From Thermoplasmatota archaeon (GTDB lineage: Archaea > Thermoplasmatota > E2 > JACPAO01 > JAHFTW01): 64,000 bases of DNA. Below the pieces are notes generated by a model, which searched no databases, was not told the DNA's origin, and saw only the letters and a program-made list of their open reading frames with translations. The stretch is taken from NCBI GenBank assembly GCA_038046785.1, contig JBBSVM010000003.1:74073-138072 (forward strand). Direction: 5' to 3'. Below are positions 26,839 through 39,828 of the stretch, one piece after another; the stretch's first letter is position 1; each line of letters begins with the position of its first letter. Made by a program: the position numbers and the translations under genes.

Positions 26839-28095
26839 TCAGGCGGGCCCGAAACGGTAGTCTTGGAACGCCAGATTCGGGTTGGGCTCGCTGCGCACAT
26901 AGGTGAGCTGCTCCTCGTTGCCCTCGCCGACACGCAGCTTGCTGTAGGCGATGTGCAGGGCGCCGTCGGGGCCGATTTCAACCTGGAAGAAATCCAACAG
27001 GTCGCGCGCCAGGGCGCCGGTGAAGACCGGTTCCGGGTCGGCGACCACCGACTGCCACCGCGCGCCGCCGTCGCGGCTCAGGGCGACGCGCAGGAACCAC
27101 TGCTCGGGCTGACTGGCGTTGGTGCCGTACCAGGCGACCGCGGCGACCCCGTCGCGGCCCGCCGCCATCCAGGGCAGGCGCGAGGTGCCTTCGGACGTAA
27201 TGTTGACCGAGGGCAACCAGCCGCCGTCCGGCGCGCGGCGGGCGACCTGGATGATGCCGTTCGCGTCGGAGGCGAGGTAGAGGTTGCCCCCTTCGTCGAA
27301 GCTGCCCGCGGCAAGACCGGGACCGGACGGGACGGTGCTTGCAGCGTTGCTCCAGAGCAGGCCACCGTTGGTCGTGCAGTCGACGCGGGTGTTGCCGTTC
27401 ACCGAGCCGCCCGCAAGGCATTGCGTTCCGTCGACGACGCCGCCGATGGCGTTGCCGAGCGCGTAGGGGGCATCGTAGAGTGAGACCGGCGTGAACGTCT
27501 GCGCTGCGTCCATCGACTTGTACACCTTCGTCGCCGAGCCGGTGTTGTAGTAGTAATAGACGATGCCGTCCCCTTCGGCGCGCACCCAGTCGCGGTCCAC
27601 CAGGGGCGGAGCGGGCCATTTGGTGTGACGGACGAACGTGCCATCCGCCTCCCAGACCGTCATCTGGAACGTGGCGGCGAACTCGATGTCGGCGAAGTAG
27701 ATGCGCCCCACCGCATCCACGGCGAAGTCCCCCTCGATGCCGAAGGCTTCGCGCACGCCGGTTGGCGTGTCGAGCGTCGTAAAGGTGACACCGCCGTCGC
27801 GGCTCACGTAGATGGGCGGGCTGTTGGTGAGGCAGCAGACACCGGTGACGTAGATGGTGCCAACGCCGTCCACCTCGATGCCGGGTTCGCCAAGGCCACA
27901 GTCGCGGTCCACGGCCGAGTCGGTGCAGCTCGTTCCGACCGCGACGACGCCCACCTTGGAGCCAAGGTCCACGGCAGGGCGGAACTCCAACACGGGGCGG
28001 GCCGGGCCATCGGTCGGCGAGGTGGACGACAGGCCCGATTGGGCGCAGCCGGCGGCCAGGATGGCAAGCAGCACGAGCGCAGCAAGCAGCTTCAT
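26839..28095 (-). CDS. exported lipoprotein with BNR/sialidase-like beta-propeller repeats
   Basis: Lipobox ILAAGCAQS. S-x-D-x-G-x-T-[WF] repeats (SRDGGVTF, SMDAAQTF, TTNGGLLW, SRDGGARW). Confidence 0.7.
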   Translation of the reverse strand: MKLLAALVLLAILAAGCAQSGLSSTSPTDGPARPVLEFRPAVDLGSKVGVVAVGTSCTDSAVDRDCGLGEPGIEVDGVGTIYVTGVCCLTNSPPIYVSRDGGVTFTTLDTPTGVREAFGIEGDFAVDAVGRIYFADIEFAATFQMTVWEADGTFVRHTKWPAPPLVDRDWVRAEGDGIVYYYYNTGSATKVYKSMDAAQTFTPVSLYDAPYALGNAIGGVVDGTQCLAGGSVNGNTRVDCTTNGGLLWSNAASTVPSGPGLAAGSFDEGGNLYLASDANGIIQVARRAPDGGWLPSVNITSEGTSRLPWMAAGRDGVAAVAWYGTNASQPEQWFLRVALSRDGGARWQSVVADPEPVFTGALARDLLDFFQVEIGPDGALHIAYSKLRVGEGNEEQLTYVRSEPNPNLAFQDYRFGPA

Positions 28096-28140
28096 GCACT
28101 CGTGACCCGGATGCCGCGGTTAAGCCGTTGTGGCGGGTTG

Positions 28141-28182
28141 GGTCACCAGACCTTCACGGTCTGCGCGCCCAGCATCCGGGCC
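28141..28182 (-). pseudogene. displaced relic copy of the icd 3' coding end (…ARMLGAQTVKVW*) ~90 nt downstream of the intact icd stop
   Basis: The reverse complement encodes GAQTVKVW-stop, against icd's GAKTVKVW-stop. There are 4 synonymous differences and 1 non-synonymous difference. Confidence 0.45.
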
Positions 28183-28231
28183 TTCGGCCCGGAGCAAAGG
28201 CGCGAAACCTGCTCAGTTTGGCTCGCTGCGC

Positions 28232-29488
<1,257 letters not shown>

Positions 29489-29505
29489 GGAGGCGCGCCG
29501 AGTTG

Positions 29506-29517
29506 AGGGAGTTTATC
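29506..29517. promoter_or_regulatory. TATA-like element between divergent icd and the histidine kinase gene
   Basis: gtttatcag / ctgataaac is ~25 nt upstream of the icd start at 29488. Confidence 0.4.
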
Positions 29518-29573
29518 AGGGTTGGGGAGGCACGCGCACTGGACCCATCGTCGCTGGGCCACGGACGAGGTTT

Positions 29574-31647
<2,074 letters not shown>

Positions 31648-31670
<23 letters not shown>

Positions 31671-32538
31671 GGTTCAGGACCCCCTGCCGGCCTGCCACGC
31701 CGTGGAACTGCGCTTCGCGCTCGCCGCCTGGTCCAATGCGCACTTCGACAACGCGCTCTACCCCCTGGGCACGAAACATGCCGAGCATCTGCCGCGCTAT
31801 GCCTCCCTGTTCGGCTGCGCTGAGGCGGACACGCTGCACCACAAGATGCCCGATGCGGAGGCGCTGGCGGAGTGGGTCGCGGCGACGCCGAAGGGGTTCC
31901 TCTTCCTGCCCAAAATGTGGAAACGGGTGACGCACGAGAACGGCGGCACGGCCGCCGCCGAAGCGTGGCTCGACGCCCTTGCTCCGCTTGCCGATGCGGG
32001 CAAGCTGGGGCCCATCCTCCTGCAATACCCGCCGCAGTTCACGCGCGAGGCGGGATGGGACCGCATGATGGAACTCCTCGCTCTGCGGCCGCCCGGAACG
32101 TTCGCCGTCGAAGTGCGCCACAGCTCCTGGTTCGTCCCGGCGTTTCGCGAACGATTGGAGGACCTGGAGACGCCTCTCGTCTGGTCCACGCATCCAAAGG
32201 CGTTCACCCCACCCTGGGCGACCGCCGCCACAGGGTTTGTGCGCTTCACCGGCACGCAGATGGAAACGCGCGGACGCTACATCAAGGTCCTCGACCGCAC
32301 CGCCGACCTGCTCGAGATTCGAAAACGGCTCGCCCAGGCGAGTTGGAAAGATACGTTCGTGGTGGTGACCAACCCTTTCGAGGGCAATGCTGTGGACTCG
32401 ATGGCGACCATCGCCGCGGCGCTCGGCGACGAGACCTTCGCCAAACGCGTCCGGCGCGGACCGGGCGAGGTGCTCTTCCCGGATGCGCCGAAACCGGGCA
32501 CGAAGCTGGTCAAGCAGTCGCGACTTGCCCAGGAATGA
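31648..32538 (+). CDS. DUF72 (UPF0759) family protein
   Basis: [19 protein letters not shown]...[12 protein letters not shown]...[19 protein letters not shown]. The true start is likely a downstream GTG (~31672 or ~31702). Confidence 0.75.
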
Positions 32539-33314
32539 ACGCTTATGGTCCCCCTGCGGGTGGTTGCGGTGTGAAACGCTTCCAAGCGAGTCTCCTCGTC
32601 GGCCTCCTTCTGCTCATTGCCGGCTGCGCCGCCCCGGCTCCCGCCGGCAGTTCCGGCCCACCGGTCGCCGCGACGCAGAAACCGCTCGGAGCGTTCCCCG
32701 AGATGGAGAAGCTCTTCTTCTCGGCTGCTCCCGCTCCCCTGGTTGCCGCCCTCGACATGGAGCCGCAGGCGACCCTCACCATCCCCGCCGCCTCCCGCCT
32801 GCTGCTCGCTTTCGACGGCGACGGCTCCGGCAGCCTCGACCTCACGGTCCGCGACCCTTCCGGAATGACCGTCCACACTGCTCGCCTCAGCCAATCGGGC
32901 AAGTCGGTCGCGGAGCTGCGCACCCCCGCCGAGGGCACCTACACCATCCGGGCCCAAAGCGCCGCCAATTGGCAGATTGGCCTTGTCGCCACCACCTTCC
33001 CCGTCGGCTACGTGGAAGGCACACGCCTGCAGGTCTCCACGCCGGAGCAGACACAGGTTGAGCATGCTTTCGTGCCCACCAAGATTGCCGCCAAATCAGG
33101 AGTGGCCTCCCGCATCACCCTGTACGATTTCGACCCCCACGCCGGCATCGAAAACCTGCAGCACGACCTTGATTTCCCGGGCCTCAAACTGCGGACCGAA
33201 GGCAAGACCACGTGGGGCGAAGTCCGCGTCCTCGACTTGCCGCCCCTCGCACCGGGCGACTACCCATTCCAGTGCTCGCGCCATGGCTTCTCGGGCACCC
33301 TCGCTGTGGCCTAA
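32535..33314 (+). CDS. cupredoxin-like (blue-copper fold) exported lipoprotein
   Basis: Signal (M)KRFQASLLVGLLLLIAGC. C-terminal YPFQCSRHGFSGTLAV resembles the plastocyanin/halocyanin C-x2-H site but has no Met at the axial position. The alternative GTG start at 32571 gives a textbook signal peptide. Confidence 0.6.
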   Translation: MNAYGPPAGGCGVKRFQASLLVGLLLLIAGCAAPAPAGSSGPPVAATQKPLGAFPEMEKLFFSAAPAPLVAALDMEPQATLTIPAASRLLLAFDGDGSGSLDLTVRDPSGMTVHTARLSQSGKSVAELRTPAEGTYTIRAQSAANWQIGLVATTFPVGYVEGTRLQVSTPEQTQVEHAFVPTKIAAKSGVASRITLYDFDPHAGIENLQHDLDFPGLKLRTEGKTTWGEVRVLDLPPLAPGDYPFQCSRHGFSGTLAVA

Positions 33315-33372
33315 CTGAGGGCGCCTGGAATCGCGCTGAAACCCTTATCGGAGCGCCATCGGTGGAGGTGCT

Positions 33373-33894
33373 ATGCCTCCGGCCAAGTCGCGACCCGCTG
33401 CGCTGCCCTCGAACGCGGTCCCGATGAGCCAATCGACGACCACGATGAGCAAGCTCATGACGCCCGACGAGGCGAACGTGTACGGCAACGTGCATGGCGG
33501 AGCGATTCTGAAGTACATCGACGAGGCCGCCGCTGTTGCCGCGTGGCGCCACGCCCGCGTGCCGAAAGTCGTCACGGTGAGCTTGGAGCGCATGGATTTC
33601 CGCGAGCCCGTGTACATCGGCGACATCCTCGTCATCAAGGCGACCGTGCGCCACGTTGGCCGCACCTCCATGCTGGTGGGCGTCCGCGTCGAGGCGGAGA
33701 ACCCGACGACCGGAGAAATTCGGCACACCGCGAGCTGCTACATGACCTTCGTCGCCCTCGACCGCAACAACAAGCCGACCGAGGTCCCCGGTGTCATCGC
33801 GCAGACAGCCGACGACAAGCAGAAGATGGAGAAGGCGAAGCGGATTGCGGACATCATCAAGGCCTCCAGGGCGGACCCGGTCGACAAACTGTAG
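33373..33894 (+). CDS. acyl-CoA thioesterase (hotdog fold, YciA-like)
   Basis: PDEANVYGNVHGGAILKYIDEAAAVAAWRHARVPKVVTVSLERMDFREPVYIGDIL. Confidence 0.8.
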   Translation: MPPAKSRPAALPSNAVPMSQSTTTMSKLMTPDEANVYGNVHGGAILKYIDEAAAVAAWRHARVPKVVTVSLERMDFREPVYIGDILVIKATVRHVGRTSMLVGVRVEAENPTTGEIRHTASCYMTFVALDRNNKPTEVPGVIAQTADDKQKMEKAKRIADIIKASRADPVDKL

Positions 33895-33982
33895 AGCATT
33901 CGCCCCGAAAGGCTAAGGGGACCATGGGGTGTTCGACGAACACCCCGGGCGCCTCTTATGCTCGCGCCGGGCGTGTGGAACC

Positions 33983-36253
33983 ATGGACCGCTCTGTCCTT
34001 GCGCCCCTCACCCGCCCCCGCCGCATCGCCGCGAGCCTTGTGGTCTTCCTGGCCCTGGGTGGGTTCGCCGGCGTCGTCGTAGGGGCGGCCGGCGCGAACG
34101 ACCAGACGCCGCTCGACGGCGTCCCGCTCGCCTCGTTCCATCTTGCCGATCCGATGGCGGGCGACAAAGGCGTGTACGAGGTCCGCCCCGCCCCCGGCAA
34201 GAGCCTGGAACAGGCTTTGGACCGTACCTTCGACCGCCGCCTCGCCTTCCACTGGCTGGAGGACCAAGTGTTGCGCAACGAGACCGGAACGGCGCAGTGG
34301 GCCAACCTCGTACGCATGAACGAGACCTCGGTGGCGACGGGCGAACTGGACTACCGCGACAACGTGGTGGCGCTGCTGCCCGGATCCTTGGGCTCCTTCG
34401 CGGTCCTCCACGCGGACGCCCGGCCACCGGAGCAGGAAGACGGGACCACTACCTACGTCGTCCAGTCGCAACTCAGCTTCGTGGCGTGGGAGCGGGCGCT
34501 GCCTTGCGCGTTCCGCAACGCGTTCCAGGGCCAGGTGATCCAAGTCCCGAGCGCCGACTTGCCGACGCAGCCAACCTGCGCCCAAGGTCCTGGCCTTCGC
34601 AACGATGTCGAACGCGTGCTGGTCGCCTCAGAGGCGGCCGCGAGCAACGGGACCGCCTTCCTGCGCGCCCGGGTGATGGACCGTGGGGTCGGGCTCTTCG
34701 GGTCGCTGCCCGTCCTCGACCTGCTCTTCCGGGACGACATCCCATACCCCTTGCAGATCCATGAGGACGGCGAGCCGTTCCTCTACGTCCTCACCTCGTT
34801 CGAGCGAGGCTCCACACCGGTGCGCCACCAGCCCGAACATGTGGCGGGGCCGCCCCCGCCGCTCGCGTTCGCTCCCGCCCAGCCGTGGGGCCCCGACGAC
34901 ACCGGGGTCGAACACCCATTCCCGGCCAACGTGGCGTACGTCCAGGCGCGCGACGACACAACGTTCGACGACATGCGCTTGTTCCTCGCCAGCCATCCCG
35001 ACGCCTACGTCGCGCGGATGCACTACGGCAACCTCTACTCGGACGGACGGGACGGCGAATGGCAATACTGGTCGTTCTACCTCACCGATGGTGTGGAGAC
35101 CGTTGATGTCCATGTTCGTCGCATCGAGAAGGCTCCCGACGACCGTGCCTCCGCCTTGGCGCCGGTCTTCGACCTGCTCGGCTCGACCGCCCCCTCCACC
35201 TTCGAGTACGACTACTCGGCGAGCGAAGTCGAGGATGCCCGGGACAAGTACCCGCTTCCCAACGCCCTCCCCGAACTGCCAACCGTCGCGTCGATGCTGC
35301 GCCAGTGGCAAGGGTACGCCTCGATGAGCTTCGCAGACAAGCCGGCCAATGACTGGTCCATCTACATCGAATGCGCCCGGCACACCGATTCCGACGAACC
35401 GGACTGCACGCAAGCCGACATCCACGTCTCGGCCGGACACGCCTGGTACACACGCCACTATCCAGACTCGGTCCAGGGCACGGCCGGCGAGCCCATCGAC
35501 GGCTACGTCTCCAGCACCCTGACCTGGGTCTCCGTCGTGGGACGGGACGACCTGACCTTTGCGCACCCCTACTACTACAGCGACCAGCGCGTGGACTGGC
35601 GTGAGCCGGGACAGCCGCCCCCGGTGGAGTCCTCGCCCAGTTTCGCAGGCCCGGGACGGTCCAGCCTGGTCCCCCTTTCCGTCGGCTCGCTCTGGGTCTT
35701 CCCCTCCGCCGCCGAGTCCGCCGCCATCAGCGTCGGTGCCCTTCTTGCCGCCGTCGCCTACTGGCTTTGGCCCACCATCAAGATGGGGGCCATCGGCCTC
35801 TTCAGTCGCGTCCAGAAGGACCGCCTGCTGGACCATCCCTTCCGCCAGCAGCTCGCGCAGCGCATCGAAGCCGAACCCGGCATCCACCACAACGCCCTCG
35901 TGCGTGAGCTTGGCCGCGGCAACGGCGCCACAGAGCACCACCTTGACAAACTGGTGGAAGGCCGCCTCATCCTGCGCCACCGCGGCACCGGCTTCACCTG
36001 CTATTTTCCGCTCGGCACCGACCGCCGCGCCATGGCTGCGGCACCCGCGGCCAAGGCGGATGGAGCGCGCCGCATCCTGCAGGCGCTCCAGACCGGTCCG
36101 TCGGGCGTGCGCGCCATCGCTCAGGCAACCGGCCTTGCCCCGAGCACGGTCAGCCACCACCTCGAGCGGCTGCGGCAGGTCGGGCTTGTCACGGGGGACG
36201 GGCGCTCCGGCTACTCTGCTGCCTCGCCGACGGGCGCCAGAGCGGCGGCCTAA
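33983..36253 (+). CDS. membrane-anchored regulator paralog 1: N-terminal signal/TM, large extracellular domain, TM helix, and two C-terminal winged-HTH (ArsR/MarR-like) domains
   Basis: ...ISVGALLAAVAYWLWP (TM), LFSRVQKDRLLDHPFRQQLAQRIEAEPGIHHNALVRELGRGNGATEHHLDKLVEG, then ILQALQTGPSGVRAIAQATGLAPSTVSHHLERLRQVGLV. A TATA-like ctcttatgc sits ~25 nt upstream. Confidence 0.6.
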   Translation: MDRSVLAPLTRPRRIAASLVVFLALGGFAGVVVGAAGANDQTPLDGVPLASFHLADPMAGDKGVYEVRPAPGKSLEQALDRTFDRRLAFHWLEDQVLRNETGTAQWANLVRMNETSVATGELDYRDNVVALLPGSLGSFAVLHADARPPEQEDGTTTYVVQSQLSFVAWERALPCAFRNAFQGQVIQVPSADLPTQPTCAQGPGLRNDVERVLVASEAAASNGTAFLRARVMDRGVGLFGSLPVLDLLFRDDIPYPLQIHEDGEPFLYVLTSFERGSTPVRHQPEHVAGPPPPLAFAPAQPWGPDDTGVEHPFPANVAYVQARDDTTFDDMRLFLASHPDAYVARMHYGNLYSDGRDGEWQYWSFYLTDGVETVDVHVRRIEKAPDDRASALAPVFDLLGSTAPSTFEYDYSASEVEDARDKYPLPNALPELPTVASMLRQWQGYASMSFADKPANDWSIYIECARHTDSDEPDCTQADIHVSAGHAWYTRHYPDSVQGTAGEPIDGYVSSTLTWVSVVGRDDLTFAHPYYYSDQRVDWREPGQPPPVESSPSFAGPGRSSLVPLSVGSLWVFPSAAESAAISVGALLAAVAYWLWPTIKMGAIGLFSRVQKDRLLDHPFRQQLAQRIEAEPGIHHNALVRELGRGNGATEHHLDKLVEGRLILRHRGTGFTCYFPLGTDRRAMAAAPAAKADGARRILQALQTGPSGVRAIAQATGLAPSTVSHHLERLRQVGLVTGDGRSGYSAASPTGARAAA

Positions 36254-36331
36254 ACGGAAGGCAGGGACGCGGCGAACATTTGACCTGGGCCAAGTTGTTC
36301 TTCGGGGGCCAACGCAGAGACCAACGGCAAG

Positions 36332-37372
36332 TTGACTCCAAGCTTTCAAGAAGCACGCCCACCTTGTTCGGATGTGCTCTCGGCGCGCCGTTTTCGGTTG
36401 GCTTTGCTCGCCTCACTGGCGCTGGTTGGCCTCCTGCTGACGTGGATTGCCACGAACTTCGGCGGCCTTCAGGCGACCTTGTGGGCCGTGGACGGCGCCA
36501 ACCTCCTGGCCCCCCTGCTTGCTGCAATCTTCTGCCTGACGCGGAGCATGCGCGAACAGGGCCGGAGCGCCGTGGGCTGGCAGGCACTCGGCTTCGGCTG
36601 CCTTGCCTGGGCGCTGGGAGAGTCCTACATCGCGTACCACGAGCTCTGGGTGGAGCGCGGCCTGCCGATTCCCGAGCGCACGATTCCCTTCCCCTCCATC
36701 GCAGACGCTGGTTTCCTGGCCTTCATCCCGCTCGCCATTCTGGGCGTCCTCCTCATCCCAAGGGGCATTTTCCGAAGCTCACTGCGCATCGACGCGGCCC
36801 TCGACGCCGCCGTGATTGGCTTGGCGGTCCTTTCCATCGTGTGGTGGCTCGGCCTCGATGCCATCACGCTCGCATCCGACCTCTCCCTCTTCGAATCCGT
36901 CCTTCTCCTGGCCTATCCTTGGGGCGATGTCCTCTTGGTCTCGGCGGCCCTTGCGATCTGGACCTACATCGGAGCCGGAGAACGGACCTCCGTCGCTTTC
37001 GTCGTGGTCGGCGTCCTGCTGTTCGCCGTCGCTGACATCGGCTATGCCGTGCTCATCCCCGCCCACTATCCCGGAATCCACTGGGTGACTGCGCTCTGGC
37101 CCGCCGGTTTCCTCGCCATCGCGCTCGGCGCCGCACGGCCACCGCTTGACCCCGTGCGCTTCGAGAGCGATTCCATCCCGGGTCGCTTCGTGCTTCCCCT
37201 GTTCTGCGCGACGGCGGGAGTCCTTCTGCTTACGCGGGCCGTCCAAGGCAAACTGGATTTTGTGCACGCCGCGATGGGTCTCCTCCTTGCCGCCGGCCTC
37301 GTGCTGCGGGTGGCGCGACGTTCGGCCGAGCGCCGCCGTGTGCGTCGGCTGCGCGATGCCAACGAAACGTGA
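36332..37372 (+). CDS. hypothetical polytopic (~8 TM) membrane protein
   Basis: The alternative GTG start at ~36374 gives MLSARRFRLALLASLALVGLLL. Confidence 0.55.
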   Translation: MTPSFQEARPPCSDVLSARRFRLALLASLALVGLLLTWIATNFGGLQATLWAVDGANLLAPLLAAIFCLTRSMREQGRSAVGWQALGFGCLAWALGESYIAYHELWVERGLPIPERTIPFPSIADAGFLAFIPLAILGVLLIPRGIFRSSLRIDAALDAAVIGLAVLSIVWWLGLDAITLASDLSLFESVLLLAYPWGDVLLVSAALAIWTYIGAGERTSVAFVVVGVLLFAVADIGYAVLIPAHYPGIHWVTALWPAGFLAIALGAARPPLDPVRFESDSIPGRFVLPLFCATAGVLLLTRAVQGKLDFVHAAMGLLLAAGLVLRVARRSAERRRVRRLRDANET

Positions 37373-37373
37373 C

Positions 37374-38210
37374 TCAGGCGTCCGGCTGCGGCCGCTTGAG
37401 GGCGTAGATGAGCGCCACGGTGACCGCGATGAGAACCTGCACGACGCCACCATAGATGGCGACGGGTCCGAACGGGAAGACGTCGCCCGGGTAGTCGGCG
37501 AGCGCCTGTTGCACGAGGAACGCTCCACCCATGAGGATGGCGAGGCCGACCGGGGCCATCACGACGACGAAACCGGGGCGGCGGGCGCCCAGGATGCGCG
37601 TCAGGAGAAGCAACGCCATGCCCGCAAGCAGAATCGCCTCACCCAAGCGCGCCCCGTCCATCTCCACGCCGGGGCTGATTTGGGTGAAGTAGGGTGCGAA
37701 ACTGAATGCGCCGGCGCCGTCGCGCTGGAGAACAAAATGGCCGTTGGCGAGATCCAAGGTTGCGGCTTGAGCCTGCTGCGCGTTGGTGGGTGCATCGAAG
37801 GTGCCGGCAAACGGCAGGAGCGTCGCAGTAAGGAAGGTCGTGATGGCGCCAATCATCAGACGCTTGCCGAGCTTGCCGTACCGCTTCTTGGCGAAGAAGC
37901 GGCGCGAGGCCCGGCTGCCCTCCTCGCCTGGCTCGTCCTTGGAACTCGGCTGCGTCGCGGCCTTGGCCTCAGCTTTGCGCCGCTTGCGCGCCTCAGCCGC
38001 CTCGAAGCGGGCCACCCGCTTCGCCTCGCGCTTCGTTCCCGCCTCCGTCAATCCCTCGTCGCGCACGGGGGATTCTGGAGTCGGGCTCGCATCCACGGGC
38101 GCACGCGCCGCGGCGGATGGACTTGGCGCGTAGGCGCAAGAGGGGCAGGTGGGCGTCCCTTCCGGCTTGGCAAAGACGTGGTCGCAGCGGGGGCAGCGCA
38201 GGCGCGGCAT
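37374..38210 (-). CDS. zinc-ribbon / charged-linker / multi-TM membrane protein (hypothetical)
   Basis: MPRLRCPRCDHVFAKPEGTPTCPSCAY, then a K/E/A-rich linker, then four TM helices. Confidence 0.55.
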   Translation of the reverse strand: MPRLRCPRCDHVFAKPEGTPTCPSCAYAPSPSAAARAPVDASPTPESPVRDEGLTEAGTKREAKRVARFEAAEARKRRKAEAKAATQPSSKDEPGEEGSRASRRFFAKKRYGKLGKRLMIGAITTFLTATLLPFAGTFDAPTNAQQAQAATLDLANGHFVLQRDGAGAFSFAPYFTQISPGVEMDGARLGEAILLAGMALLLLTRILGARRPGFVVVMAPVGLAILMGGAFLVQQALADYPGDVFPFGPVAIYGGVVQVLIAVTVALIYALKRPQPDA

Positions 38211-38287
38211 CGAAGGGGCAAACGGGTGGTGGTTTAAGGGCTGGCGGGCGGGCGGTCCTTTTTTCCGCCCGGCGCCCTGCGCGCTCC

Positions 38288-39745
38288 ATGGCAAAGGCGC
38301 GGCAGGGTGGGGCTGAACAGGGATCCGACTTCGAGAAAGGGCAGGGCCCTGCCACGCGCACCGAGCGCGACTCGATGGGACCCATGGAGGTCCCCATCGA
38401 CGCCAAATGGGGCGCTTCGACGCAGCGCGCCGTCCTCAACTTCCCCGTCTCGGGCGCGGCGCTGCCGCCGGAGTTCCTGCGCAGCCTCGGCCTGGTCAAG
38501 TGGGCCTGTGCCCTCGCCAACAAGCAGCTCGGCGTGCTCAAGCCTGACGTTGCCGACGCCGTCGCCGACGCGGCACTTTCCATCTACCAGGGCGAGCACC
38601 TGGACGAGTTCCCGGTCGATGTGTTCCAGACCGGCTCCGGAACCTCGAGCAACATCAACGCGAACGAGGTCATCGCGCACCTCGCGACGCAGAGCCTCGG
38701 CCTCGACGTCCACCCCAACGACCACGTCAACTTCGGCCAGTCGAGCAACGACGTCATCCCGACCACGATGCATGTCGCCGCCGTTCTCCAGATTGAATTG
38801 GAATTGGTGCCCGCCCTTGAGCACCTGCACGCCTGCCTCGCCGCGAAGGCGACCGAGTTCGACGGCGTCGTCAAAGTTGGCCGCACCCACTTGCAAGACG
38901 CCGTCCCCATCCGGCTCGGCCAAGAGTTCGGCGGCTACGCGCGCCAAATCGAGCTCGGCATCGCCCGCGTCCAGGCGACCATCCCCGGCCTGCTGGAGCT
39001 GGCGCAGGGTGGCACGGCGCTTGGCACTGGCCTCAACGCCCACCCCAAGTTCGGCGCCGCCGTCGCTGCGAAACTCGAAGAGGCGACCGGCTTCAAGTTC
39101 CGCGAGGCGGTCAACCATTTCGAGGCGCAGGCCAGCCGGGACGCTTACGTCTTCGCTGCCGGCGCCCTCGACACCGTCGCGGCGAGCCTGATGAAAATCG
39201 CCAACGACGTCCGCCTCATGGCATCCGGCCCGGACTGCGGCCTGGGCGAACTTCTGCTGCCCGCCATCCAGCCCGGCTCCAGCATCATGCCGGGCAAAGT
39301 CAACCCGGTCATCTGCGAGGCGGTCACCATGGTGGGCGCCCACGTGCAGGGCAACAACCTCGCTGTGCGCACGGGCGGCCAGTGGGGTCAGCTCGACCTC
39401 AACGTCATGCTCCCGATGATGGCGCACAACCTCCTCGAATCCATCCGCCTGCTCGCTTCGGTGAGCCGCGTCTTCGTGGACCACTGCCTCGCCGACACGA
39501 AGGCGAACGTGGAGCGCGCCACCGGCAACGTCGAGCGCTCGGTGTCGATGGCGACCGCGCTCAACCCGCTCATTGGCTACGACAAAGCGGCCAAAATTGC
39601 CAAGGCGAGCCAGGCGGAGCGCAAGACGGTGCGCGAGATTGCCTATCGCGACTCAGGATTGACGAAAGCGCAGGTGGACCAGGCGCTCGACCCCAAGGCG
39701 CAAACCATCCCCGATGAGAAGCGCGTTGCGAGCGGTGGCGGATAA
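38288..39745 (+). CDS. fumC: class II fumarate hydratase (fumarase/aspartase family)
   Basis: GSSIMPGKVNP signature, SSNDVIPTTMHVAA, N-terminus RTERDSMGPMEVPIDAKWGASTQRAV. Confidence 0.85.
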   Translation: MAKARQGGAEQGSDFEKGQGPATRTERDSMGPMEVPIDAKWGASTQRAVLNFPVSGAALPPEFLRSLGLVKWACALANKQLGVLKPDVADAVADAALSIYQGEHLDEFPVDVFQTGSGTSSNINANEVIAHLATQSLGLDVHPNDHVNFGQSSNDVIPTTMHVAAVLQIELELVPALEHLHACLAAKATEFDGVVKVGRTHLQDAVPIRLGQEFGGYARQIELGIARVQATIPGLLELAQGGTALGTGLNAHPKFGAAVAAKLEEATGFKFREAVNHFEAQASRDAYVFAAGALDTVAASLMKIANDVRLMASGPDCGLGELLLPAIQPGSSIMPGKVNPVICEAVTMVGAHVQGNNLAVRTGGQWGQLDLNVMLPMMAHNLLESIRLLASVSRVFVDHCLADTKANVERATGNVERSVSMATALNPLIGYDKAAKIAKASQAERKTVREIAYRDSGLTKAQVDQALDPKAQTIPDEKRVASGGG

Positions 39746-39746
39746 C

Positions 39747-39812
39747 CTGGGACGAATGCCCCAATACGGGAAAACCTTGGGAGGAATGCCCCTCTCTTCC
39801 TATATGCCCTGA
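39747..39812 (+). promoter_or_regulatory. direct 19–20 nt repeats (aacc(t)tggga[cg]gaatgcccc ×2) plus the TATA box cctatatgcc upstream of regulator paralog 2; candidate operator
   Basis: The two copies are ~30 nt apart. A related ggggcgaatgc sits in inverted orientation upstream of paralog 1 (~33897). Confidence 0.35.
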
Positions 39813-39828
39813 ATGTTGCCTGGGCAGC

